Below, in pieces: positions 18,442 to 27,311 of a stretch of DNA of 64,000 bases. The notes beneath the pieces are model-generated. The model was not told the origin of the DNA. It did no database searches and saw only the letters and a program-made list of their open reading frames with translations. The position numbers and the translations under genes are program-made. Each line of letters starts with the position of its first letter. Position 1 is the stretch's first letter. Source of the DNA: Minisyncoccota bacterium (GTDB taxonomy: Bacteria > Patescibacteriota > Minisyncoccia > Phycocordibacterales > UBA918); NCBI GenBank assembly GCA_041389025.1, contig JAWKSP010000001.1, positions 478,663-542,662 of the forward strand. The letters are read 5' to 3'.

Positions 18442-18556
18442 ACAAGTTCGAACATCCTCCACCCAGCGGAGCATATAAAATCTTAATCACGCCCTTGCGT
18501 GGCTTTTGGCTTTAAAACTTTCACCAAAGAAAATACTTTGTAGTATTTTCGTTATA
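18442..18556 (+). repeat. att-like repeat copy 2 followed by a degenerate module
   Basis: 18468-18556 aligns with 17791-17878; 25-nt hairpin agaaaatactttgtagtattttcgt at 18528-18552. Confidence 0.75.
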
Positions 18557-18603
18557 ACCCAAATACTATCTGCACATCCATACTGATAAAACCATGTATA
18601 AGG

Positions 18604-18666
18604 AAAATAACAGATAGGCGACTTAGTCTCTTACGAGCGTGAGCTGAGTCGCCTCTCTGTTATTTT
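18604..18666. repeat. Long imperfect hairpin closing the island
   Basis: aaaataacagataggcgacttag...ctgagtcgcctctctgttatttt. Confidence 0.6.
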
Positions 18667-18678
18667 ATGTATAAATTG

Positions 18679-18706
18679 ATTTAGCATAAGTACTGTCCAT
18701 AAAACT
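18679..18706 (-). other. Candidate dif-like Xer recombination site
   Basis: Minus strand agttttatgga-cagtac-ttatgctaaat; right arm 10/11 to the XerD arm ttatgttaaat; lies at the G/C skew switch. Confidence 0.4.
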
Positions 18707-18831
18707 CATCTACCGAATCACTCTAATGCCAGATATGACTTAACTTTTTTTAATTTTAAATTTAGTAAATCTAAATATTCACAAATACTTTCTTGCTAGA
18801 TGATTTAAAAAATGTATAGTATACTTTACAT

Positions 18832-20088
18832 ATGAAAACTATCAGTTACCAAGGGAGTATTCTAATATTCGGTCTAATTTTGACCGGCATAGCTACCTTA
18901 GTAGCAGGAACGATGATTATAGTAAGTAATGATAATATCTCCCCTGAAAAAGTAATTTATAACCACTCTACTAGCACAAATACTACAACCTTAGAAAAAA
19001 CTGAATTAGAAACAAAAACCGAAGATAAAATAAGTACAGAAACACAAACAACTACCAAATTAGAAAAAGTTGTCTTAGCTGGTGGTTGTTTTTGGTGTAC
19101 TGAAGCTTATTTTCAAGAAGAATTTGGTGTAATAGATGCTATCTCCGGCTATGCTGGTGGCCAAGCAGATACAGCTGACTACAAAACTGTCTCGACCGGA
19201 AAAACAGCCCATCGTGAGGCGGTGGAAGTAACTTTTGATCCGGAAAAAATTTCTCTTAAACAAATTTTGGATATATATTGGTCGCATATTGATCCAACCG
19301 ATGCGAATGGCCAATTTGCTGATCGAGGTTTTCAGTACACCACTGCTATTTTTTATAATTCAGAAAATCAAAAACAAATCGCTGAAGATTCAAAAGAACG
19401 CCTAAATAAAAGTGGTCTGTTTGATGAACCAATCGCTACCACAATCCTTCCCTTCACTACTTTTTTCCCCGCCGAAGAATATCATCAAAACTATTACCTA
19501 AAAGCAGCTGACTACTACAATCAATATAAAAAAGCATCTGGGCGAACGGATTTTATTGAAGAAACCTGGGCTAAAGATGCGGCACTTCATTTTTTAAATG
19601 ATAAAACTGATATAAAAACCGATAATACCAGTGTTGATATTTGGAAACCAAAAACATATAACGAGAAAGAGATTTCTACTTTACAAAAAAAATTACCAGA
19701 AGAGACTTATCATATAGTAGCTGAAAACGGTACTGAACCAGCCTTTAACAATCAATACTGGAACAACCACGAAGCTGGTATCTACGTCGATGTTGTAACC
19801 GGTGACCCCCTTTTCTCTTCTACTCACAAATATGACTCAAACACCGGTTGGCCAAGTTTTTACCAAACCATAAAAAACGCCCCCGTGACCGAGCATCAAG
19901 ACCTAGATTATGGCCTTGTTCGTATAGAGGTAAGAAGTCAAGGCGGACACCTTGGTCATATATTTAATGATGGACCAAAAGAACACGGTGGCTACCGTTA
20001 TTGCATAAATTCTTTGGCTTTAAATTTTGTGCCAAAAAACAAAATGCTTGAAGCCGGCTACGGCGATTATCTTTATCTATTTGACTGA
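18832..20088 (+). CDS. msrAB: Membrane-anchored bifunctional methionine sulfoxide reductase MsrA/MsrB
   Basis: GGCFWC and AEEYHQ (MsrA); GWPSF, HLGHIF, RYCINS (MsrB); N-terminal TM. Confidence 0.95.
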   Translation: MKTISYQGSILIFGLILTGIATLVAGTMIIVSNDNISPEKVIYNHSTSTNTTTLEKTELETKTEDKISTETQTTTKLEKVVLAGGCFWCTEAYFQEEFGVIDAISGYAGGQADTADYKTVSTGKTAHREAVEVTFDPEKISLKQILDIYWSHIDPTDANGQFADRGFQYTTAIFYNSENQKQIAEDSKERLNKSGLFDEPIATTILPFTTFFPAEEYHQNYYLKAADYYNQYKKASGRTDFIEETWAKDAALHFLNDKTDIKTDNTSVDIWKPKTYNEKEISTLQKKLPEETYHIVAENGTEPAFNNQYWNNHEAGIYVDVVTGDPLFSSTHKYDSNTGWPSFYQTIKNAPVTEHQDLDYGLVRIEVRSQGGHLGHIFNDGPKEHGGYRYCINSLALNFVPKNKMLEAGYGDYLYLFD

Positions 20089-20156
20089 TAACTAAAATAG
20101 ATAGAGGTAAATTTAAGATATTTAATAATATAAATTAAAAAAATAAAATTTGACTT

Positions 20157-20732
20157 ATGGAAGAAAACAATAGTAACAAAGGTATTATTACTATAATAGT
20201 TGTACTACTAATTATTGGATTTATTGCTTTTATGACTCTTAATGGCGATGACTCAATGGAAGAAAATATACTAGGAGAAAGCGAAATGATGATGGAAGAA
20301 AGCGAAACTGTTCCCGAAGGAGCGATGATGGAAAGTACTGAAGGAAATACTGATGCCATGATGGAAGAAGAAAAAGGCGGTGCGATGATGGAGCAATCGA
20401 ACAGTACAATGACCGAACACCAAACAGTAGCTGGATCTTATGAAGCTTATTCTACCGATAAATTAGCCCTGGCCAATGAGGGTGATGTAGTTTTATTTTT
20501 TCACGCCAGTTGGTGTCCGTCTTGTCGTGCAGCTGATAAAAGCATAAAGGAAACTGGTGTACCAGACGGCCTTACCATTCTAAAACTTGATTATGACAAA
20601 GAAACTGAATTAAAGAAAAAATACGGCGTAACTACCCAACATACTTTTATTCAAGTTGATGCCGACGGAAATTTGATTAAAAAATGGAGCGGAGCTTCAA
20701 ATGTTGATGCTATTGTGGCTGAAATTATTTAA
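20157..20732 (+). CDS. Membrane-anchored thioredoxin-like protein with Met/Glu-rich linker
   Basis: FHASWCPSC; repeated AMME/EMMME linker. Confidence 0.88.
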   Translation: MEENNSNKGIITIIVVLLIIGFIAFMTLNGDDSMEENILGESEMMMEESETVPEGAMMESTEGNTDAMMEEEKGGAMMEQSNSTMTEHQTVAGSYEAYSTDKLALANEGDVVLFFHASWCPSCRAADKSIKETGVPDGLTILKLDYDKETELKKKYGVTTQHTFIQVDADGNLIKKWSGASNVDAIVAEII

Positions 20733-20738
20733 AGTCTT

Positions 20739-22463
20739 ATGACCTTACTTATTATTTCTTTTATAGCTGGAGCATTAACAGTCTTAGCCCCTTGTATATT
20801 ACCGTTATTACCGGTAGTGATTGGTGGCTCAGCGACCGACCATAAAAATCCTTGGAAACCTTATATCATCACCGCATCACTAGCAGTATCAGTAATTGTC
20901 TTTACCCTACTACTTAAGGCTACAACATTGGTTATTGATATACCTCCATCATTTTGGAAGTGGTTTTCTGGTGGTTTACTTCTGCTTTTAGGAATAATAC
21001 TTATCTTCCCATCACTTTGGGAAAAACTTAAGTTCAACGCTGTTATAAATAATAGTTCACAAAAACTGTTAGCCAAAGGAAGTAACAAACAAAGTGTGTG
21101 GGGAGATATCCTCATGGGGGCTGCTTTGGGACCAGTCTTCTCGACTTGTTCACCAACTTATTTTGTGATTTTAGCGACCGTACTCCCTAGCTCATTTGGA
21201 CTTGGTTTGGTCTATCTACTAGCCTACACACTTGGCTTGTCACTAGTTTTAATTTTAATTGCTCTTTTAGGACAAAAGCTCGTATCCAAGCTTTATGGAG
21301 CAGCCGATTCACGAGGCTGGGTTAAACGAGGTATGGGTATACTAATTGCCTTAGTTGGACTAGCGATAGTAACCGGTGTAGATAAAAAAATAGAAACCGC
21401 GATTCTTGATGCTGGCTTCCTAGATATAACAAAGTTCGAACAAAACCTGCTTGATAAAGTCGATGACAATAAAAATAGTGAGACTATGGATGTGTTAAAA
21501 AATACCAGTCTACCGACCAATCAAAAAATTATTGCTCCAGAGCTAACTGGTATTGAAAGCTATCTAAACACTGCCGAACAACCGATTACTTTAGAACAAT
21601 TTCGCGGTGAAAAAATAGTTTTATTAGATTTCTGGACCTATAGCTGTATCAACTGTAGACGCACCATTCCCCACTTAAATGATTGGTACAATCGTTATCA
21701 CGACCAAGGTTTGGAGATTATTGGTGTCCATACACCGGAATTTTCTTTTGAACAAAAAAGAGAGAACGTTGAAAAAGCAATAACCGAATTTGGCATAAAA
21801 TATCCGGTGGTGCTTGATAATGGTTATGCGACTTGGCGAGCTTTTGGTAACAAGTACTGGCCACGCAAATATCTAATAAACGAAAAAGGTGAAATCATCT
21901 ATGACCATATTGGTGAAGGAGCCTACGAAGAAACTGAAAAAGTGATTAGGGACGCTTTAGAAAAATTAGGTAGCAAACCAAAAGATAGAGTAGGTGAAGT
22001 AAAAAATTTGACTGAGGTAAATTTTAAATCAATCACTAGTCCGGAGATATACTTTGGGGCTAAACGTAATCAATATCTAGCTAATGGAAGATTAAATGAA
22101 GTTGGGGTACAAAATTTTTTCCTACCAGAAAATATAGAAACAAATAAACTGTATCTTAAAGGTGACTGGGAAATAACCAACGAATACGCCGAGAGCATGA
22201 ATGAAAACAATGAGATAGTTTTTGAGTTTACTGCCAAAGAAGTATATATGGTATTAGGAAATAACTTCCCTACATCAGCCGAAATATTTATTGATGACAA
22301 ACCAATTACTAAAGATAATTCTGGTGTCGATGTAGTAAAAGGTACATTAAACATAGAGGATGAAAAAATGTACCATATCTACACCGATATTGAGTACAAA
22401 ACCCATAAGTTAAAGTTAAAAGTTAAACCAAAATTCCGCGCTTTTACTTTTACTTTTGGTTAA
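20739..22463 (+). CDS. dipZ: DipZ-like CcdA-thioredoxin fusion
   Basis: LAPCILPLLP and FSTCSP (CcdA/DsbD); DFWTYSCINC and GVHTPEF; C-terminal FTFG. Confidence 0.88.
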   Translation: MTLLIISFIAGALTVLAPCILPLLPVVIGGSATDHKNPWKPYIITASLAVSVIVFTLLLKATTLVIDIPPSFWKWFSGGLLLLLGIILIFPSLWEKLKFNAVINNSSQKLLAKGSNKQSVWGDILMGAALGPVFSTCSPTYFVILATVLPSSFGLGLVYLLAYTLGLSLVLILIALLGQKLVSKLYGAADSRGWVKRGMGILIALVGLAIVTGVDKKIETAILDAGFLDITKFEQNLLDKVDDNKNSETMDVLKNTSLPTNQKIIAPELTGIESYLNTAEQPITLEQFRGEKIVLLDFWTYSCINCRRTIPHLNDWYNRYHDQGLEIIGVHTPEFSFEQKRENVEKAITEFGIKYPVVLDNGYATWRAFGNKYWPRKYLINEKGEIIYDHIGEGAYEETEKVIRDALEKLGSKPKDRVGEVKNLTEVNFKSITSPEIYFGAKRNQYLANGRLNEVGVQNFFLPENIETNKLYLKGDWEITNEYAESMNENNEIVFEFTAKEVYMVLGNNFPTSAEIFIDDKPITKDNSGVDVVKGTLNIEDEKMYHIYTDIEYKTHKLKLKVKPKFRAFTFTFG

Positions 22464-22542
22464 AATGAACACAAAAAACTTCCCGACAAAATAAAATTTT
22501 ACGGGAAGAAAAATACTATTTTTTTATTTTATTTACCAATAA

Positions 22543-22785
22543 TTACCTTGTGTTCACTAGCATCTCAAGCTCAAAGACTTGCCGTTCCAATCTTTGAATG
22601 TATACCATCTGTACCAATCTTAGTTGCTCTTCTAGTGTTTCAAGAATTTTTTCAGCCACAACCCGCTCTTGATTAGAGACATCTTCAGCGGTAATTATTT
22701 GTGCTTGTGCATTAGATACAGTTAGCCCCATTAAAGTTACTGTTAATACTACGTATACTCCTAATTTTTTGATATTTGCTGTCAT
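22543..22785 (-). CDS. Small exported hypothetical protein
   Basis: Signal peptide ending AQA; coiled coil. Confidence 0.65.
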   Translation of the reverse strand: MTANIKKLGVYVVLTVTLMGLTVSNAQAQIITAEDVSNQERVVAEKILETLEEQLRLVQMVYIQRLERQVFELEMLVNTR

Positions 22786-22927
22786 ATTTTATTAGGTTAA
22801 ACTATTAACACCCCTCTATATACAGACTATCAGATACTAAGATTCTTACAATATCTAATTTAATTTAGAAAACCACAAAATTATCTAAGCAAAATTTATT
22901 AAAATAATTAAAATATTTTAATAAATT

Positions 22928-23545
22928 TTACCTATCAGTTCTTTGATACCGCCCCATCAAAATAGTGCTTTCTATAGCTGATTCTTTAGCAACTGTCTCA
23001 ACCTCATCTAAAGTTGGAGTTTTTATAAAATTCAAAGTATTTGGCAAAGCGTAAAGGCGAAAAAAGTAGCGGTGTTCACGATCAGGTGGGCACGACCCCA
23101 CATATCCTGTCTCACCCCGAGAGGACAGACCTTCATTTCCTACCTTCTCCCCTTCTTTTATTACGGTCGTGTCTGGAGGCATGTTGTATATCACCCAGTG
23201 ATCAAATTTTTCTATTCCTCTACTTTCTTTCACACTATCTGGAATATCAGGATCATCCATTACCAAAACCAAAGAAACGGTCCCTTCTGGTATACCAGAA
23301 ATATGTAATTCTGGATTTATGTTTTCACCATCGCAAGTGTATTTAGATGGGATGTTTTGACCATCAACAAAAGCTGGTGAAGTTAAAGCAAGTGACATAA
23401 GAGTATTTTCATTAATATCCTGATTAATATTTTCTATTTCTTGTATTAATAAATTATCTGAAGTTGGAGCATGAGCTTGTTTATAAAAAAATAAAGCTAG
23501 CATAACCACTAAAAAAACTAAAAACCAAATGTAAATCTTCTTCAT
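22928..23545 (-). CDS. YbhB/YbcL (PEBP/Raf kinase inhibitor-like) protein
   Basis: KYTCDGENINP, MDDPD, FDHW, PPDREHRYFF; probable start MKKIY. Confidence 0.9.
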   Translation of the reverse strand: MKKIYIWFLVFLVVMLALFFYKQAHAPTSDNLLIQEIENINQDINENTLMSLALTSPAFVDGQNIPSKYTCDGENINPELHISGIPEGTVSLVLVMDDPDIPDSVKESRGIEKFDHWVIYNMPPDTTVIKEGEKVGNEGLSSRGETGYVGSCPPDREHRYFFRLYALPNTLNFIKTPTLDEVETVAKESAIESTILMGRYQRTDR

Positions 23546-23670
23546 ATTTATAAATTTTACCATCAAAATATAAATATGAGAAAAGAATCATATACCTTAA
23601 ATTTGTAATTATTTAAAATCTATTGTATAAAATTAGTCGCTTTGTACATATAATTTTTGAGGGATTAATA

Positions 23671-23886
23671 TTGAAAAAAATTTATCAGTACGGTGACAAA
23701 AAAGCCTTTAAGAAATTTTCACCCTTTCCTATAACAATAAATAATAAAAAGAAATTTGGACGGATGTTTTTTGAAGCTGAACTTGTTTATGTTCATGGTC
23801 AAACTGACAATAAGCATAGCCGCTGGAAACCCGTACGTTGGCTCAGCGAAGAAGAATATAATAATTATAGGGGTGATAAAGATTGA
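23671..23886 (+). CDS. Small orphan protein
   Basis: TTG start with GAGGGA SD; upstream TATAAT; terminator caggatcaat...attgatcctgttttt. Confidence 0.55.
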   Translation: MKKIYQYGDKKAFKKFSPFPITINNKKKFGRMFFEAELVYVHGQTDNKHSRWKPVRWLSEEEYNNYRGDKD

Positions 23887-23984
23887 AAATTCACACAGAT
23901 TAGATTAATTAACCTTCAGGATCAATGTAATATGTAATTGATCCTGTTTTTATTTACTAAATATAGGGTGTTATACTAGCTACT

Positions 23985-25328
23985 ATGAATGTTTACACTA
24001 ACGGCAACCTGATTACACAACCCATCCCTAAATTATTACGCGCGATTGCTGTACCCGCTTCAATCGGCTTTTTCTTTAACACTATGTACAACATAGTCGA
24101 CAGTTGGGTAGCCGGACAAATTTCCGGTGAGGCATTGGCGGCCTTATCGGTTACTTTTCCGGTATTTTTTATTATTATTGCTCTAGCAATCGGTATCGGT
24201 ACCGGAGTAACCGCCCTTATCGCTAATGAGCTGGGTGCCGGCAACGAAGAAGATGCTAAAAAATACGCCACCCAGACTATATCTTTTGGTCTAATTACTT
24301 CCGTCATAATCACCATTGCTGGATATTTTTCAGCTCCAGCCATGTTTAAATTTTTAGGCGCCTCAGACTCTTACTTGGACATCACTCTTTTATACATGCA
24401 ACCAATCTTCCTAGGTTCAATTTTTATTGCCATGGTCATCATACTAAACGGTATCTTAAACGCTGTTGGTGATACAAAATCTTATCGCAATGTTCTTATT
24501 GCCGGACTCTTTTTAAACCTACTACTTAGCCCAGCTCTGGCCCTTGGCTGGTTTGGTTTGCCCGCACTCGGCACCTTGGGTATTGCGATTGCCACCATCG
24601 TAAGTAACCTGTTTGGACTGATCTATATTGTCTACAAAGTTTGGCAAACTGGACTAATAGATCAAGCGTGTCTTAAATGCTATTTAAGTCCAATTAAAAA
24701 AATTTACTTAGACATTATTTCTCAAGGTTTACCAGCCAGTCTAAACATGATGACAGTAGCTATCGGAGCTTTTATCATTACATATTTTGTCAGCCAATAC
24801 GGCAAAGAAGCGGTGGCTGGCTACGGTACAGCTATTCGTATTGAGCAAATAGTTTTAATACCAAGCATCGGTATAAACATTGCTGTCCTTACTCTAATAG
24901 GCCAAAACAACGGTGCTAAAAAGTTTGAACGTATAAAAGAAATAGCTAAAGTGGGGGTAAAATATATTCTGGCTTTAAGTACTTTGGGTACAATTATTCT
25001 TCTCTTGGGAGGAAAACCACTGATGAGATTCTTCACTGAAGTTCCCGATATAATAACGTTTGGAACCGACTATCTGGCTATCGCCGCTTTTATCACTTGG
25101 GCTTATGGTTTGATATTTGTCACCGAAGCAATTTTACGAGGATTTAAAAAGCCAATTTTTCCTCTGGTCTTAGGAGTGGTAAGACAAACAATAGTACCTC
25201 TTATCGCCTTTTATTTTGTTACGTTTGTGTTCATGTTTAGCATTATCGGCTTGTGGTGGAGCATTTTTACCATCGTCTGGGTATCAGCTTTATTGTCACT
25301 TTGGTACACTTTTAGGAAAATACCATAG
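23985..25328 (+). CDS. MATE family efflux transporter
   Basis: MYNIVDS..GQI..EALAA; 12 TM; GQNNGAK. Confidence 0.93.
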   Translation: MNVYTNGNLITQPIPKLLRAIAVPASIGFFFNTMYNIVDSWVAGQISGEALAALSVTFPVFFIIIALAIGIGTGVTALIANELGAGNEEDAKKYATQTISFGLITSVIITIAGYFSAPAMFKFLGASDSYLDITLLYMQPIFLGSIFIAMVIILNGILNAVGDTKSYRNVLIAGLFLNLLLSPALALGWFGLPALGTLGIAIATIVSNLFGLIYIVYKVWQTGLIDQACLKCYLSPIKKIYLDIISQGLPASLNMMTVAIGAFIITYFVSQYGKEAVAGYGTAIRIEQIVLIPSIGINIAVLTLIGQNNGAKKFERIKEIAKVGVKYILALSTLGTIILLLGGKPLMRFFTEVPDIITFGTDYLAIAAFITWAYGLIFVTEAILRGFKKPIFPLVLGVVRQTIVPLIAFYFVTFVFMFSIIGLWWSIFTIVWVSALLSLWYTFRKIP

Positions 25329-25375
25329 TCTTTTAAATCGCTATATTTTGTTATTATATTATTATAGAAAACAAC

Positions 25376-26377
25376 ATGAGCAAGAATAAAAAACATAAAA
25401 GATTCACTATTCGAACAGTAAAGACAATCGGGGCTTTTATGGCACTCTCTCTCTTCCTAATTATTGTTACGGTTTTCCTTCAAAAAATTTTATTTATAAA
25501 CCAAAATTCTCCAGATAAAATCGACAGACCAGAAATTATCGATTATAAATTTGAAACCGCTCCAGACAATCCTTTTCTCCATTCTGAGGAAGCTGTCATT
25601 ATAGAAACCGGTACTTCAACCACACCAGAAATGTTACCGATTGATAAGGTTTTGTTTGAATACGTAGAAGTAACCGATGGTTGCGGACCACACTTTGAAG
25701 GTGAGTGTCTTTTGGTACGTTCTGGTCCAGGACAAGAATATCCGATAGTCGAACGGCTTAGAAACGGGGTTGTACTAAAAGTTGGCGGCAAAGTTGAACA
25801 CGACAATATAACTTGGTTTAAAATTGTTTTTGATGAATGGTTGCGCTATCCGGAGAGAGTAAAAGGTGACTGGTATGTAGCCTCTGATTACGTTGATGTA
25901 CTTTTAGATGAAGGCTCAAAAACGGTTTGGGATAAAGGAAAAGTTGAACAAGAAGCAAATAGCACAAGCACCGAACCAGTAACCAGCAGTACCAGCACCG
26001 AAAAAATTATAGTGGTAGACAGAAGCGACCAAACCCTAACCGCTTATGAGGGCTACTATATTTTTATGGAAACAAAAATATCCACCGGTCTCGAACTCAC
26101 CCCAACCCCGCGCGGTGAATTTACCATATTTAAAAAAACTCCCAGCCGCTACATGCAAGGACCGTTACCTTATCTAAGAGACCAGCAATACTACGACTTA
26201 CCCGGCGTACCTTGGAATTTATATTTTACCGAAGGTGGTGCAGTGATACATGGCGCATACTGGCACAACAGTTTTGGTAGTGCTTATTCTCACGGCTGTG
26301 TAAACATGCGACCAAATGAGGCTAGAAATCTATACAATTGGGCTACTTTAGGGACAAAAGTTATTGTCAAAGACTAG
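25376..26377 (+). CDS. L,D-transpeptidase (YkuD) with SH3-like domain
   Basis: VRSGPG; TPRGEF; IHGAYWH...SHGCVN. Confidence 0.92.
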   Translation: MSKNKKHKRFTIRTVKTIGAFMALSLFLIIVTVFLQKILFINQNSPDKIDRPEIIDYKFETAPDNPFLHSEEAVIIETGTSTTPEMLPIDKVLFEYVEVTDGCGPHFEGECLLVRSGPGQEYPIVERLRNGVVLKVGGKVEHDNITWFKIVFDEWLRYPERVKGDWYVASDYVDVLLDEGSKTVWDKGKVEQEANSTSTEPVTSSTSTEKIIVVDRSDQTLTAYEGYYIFMETKISTGLELTPTPRGEFTIFKKTPSRYMQGPLPYLRDQQYYDLPGVPWNLYFTEGGAVIHGAYWHNSFGSAYSHGCVNMRPNEARNLYNWATLGTKVIVKD

Positions 26378-26430
26378 ACAACACAAATCAATTTCAAGCA
26401 ACCCAAAATTTGCGATATAATCATAAAGTT

Positions 26431-27240
26431 TTGAAGCGTACATTTATTACCGTAACCCTACTTGCGATACCAGTTATCGTCAGTGCCACATACAACCCCA
26501 TCAAACTCAGTGAAGAAACTGTTTCATCAACCGACCCTAAAAAACCTTCACCGATATATGTTCAGATAATAACCTCAAAAGAATACGAAGAGGAGTTAAG
26601 GAAGAAAAAAGAAGAAAAAAAAGTTGCTTCCACTCAAACTAACGACGACAACACAACACGAAGCCTTACTCCTCCACTATCACAAAAAACAGAGAGTGTC
26701 TCCATCCGGCGCACGACCCAAAAATCTGCTCAAAGTGCTGAAAACAACTTCTTTGTTCCCTTTTACTCTCAATTTTCTGATATAACAAACCCTAGTCGAC
26801 AAAAAATAGGTTGCGGTGTGGCTGGTCTGGCTATGATAATTGAATATTATAAAGGAGAAAAAGTGTCGGTTGATAGTTTGTTTGAAACCGGTTTAGAAGC
26901 CGGAGCTTACCTAGAAGACGCTGGCTGGATCCACTCAGGCCTGATAAACTTATCCAAAAAATATAAATTAGATGGTGAGAGTAAAGACTTTAGCTACTTA
27001 GACAAAGAAGGAGCTTTAGCTAAATTAGAAACAGCACTAGAAACAGGACCGGTGCTGGCTTCAGTTCACTATACTTTTGAACCAACCAACCCTATACCAC
27101 ATCTGGTAGTAATAAATGGTCTTGAAAACAACATTATCCATTATAACGATCCGGCTGAAAAAACTGGTGGCGGCACCATAAGTAAAGAAAAATTCTTAAA
27201 AGCTTGGAAAAACCGCTTTATTGAAATCAGGCCAGTTTAA
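26431..27240 (+). CDS. C39-like cysteine peptidase domain protein
   Basis: VPFYSQ...GCGVAGLAM...HLVVI...YNDP; probable TTG start after TATAAT. Confidence 0.8.
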   Translation: MKRTFITVTLLAIPVIVSATYNPIKLSEETVSSTDPKKPSPIYVQIITSKEYEEELRKKKEEKKVASTQTNDDNTTRSLTPPLSQKTESVSIRRTTQKSAQSAENNFFVPFYSQFSDITNPSRQKIGCGVAGLAMIIEYYKGEKVSVDSLFETGLEAGAYLEDAGWIHSGLINLSKKYKLDGESKDFSYLDKEGALAKLETALETGPVLASVHYTFEPTNPIPHLVVINGLENNIIHYNDPAEKTGGGTISKEKFLKAWKNRFIEIRPV

Positions 27241-27242
27241 AT

Positions 27243-27281
27243 TTAAAAAACCACTTCTGTATATTAGAAGTGGTTTTTTAA
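27243..27281. terminator. Bidirectional terminator
   Basis: ttaaaaaaccacttct-gtatatt-agaagtggttttttaa between convergent genes. Confidence 0.8.
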
Positions 27282-27311
27282 GTTTAATCTAAATTAATTC
27301 ATAACGATAAT

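Noticed and set aside
13898-18556. CRISPR array interpretation of the repeats
   Set aside because: Repeats are irregularly spaced (hundreds of bp), tRNA-derived and enclose whole genes; no cas genes in the window.
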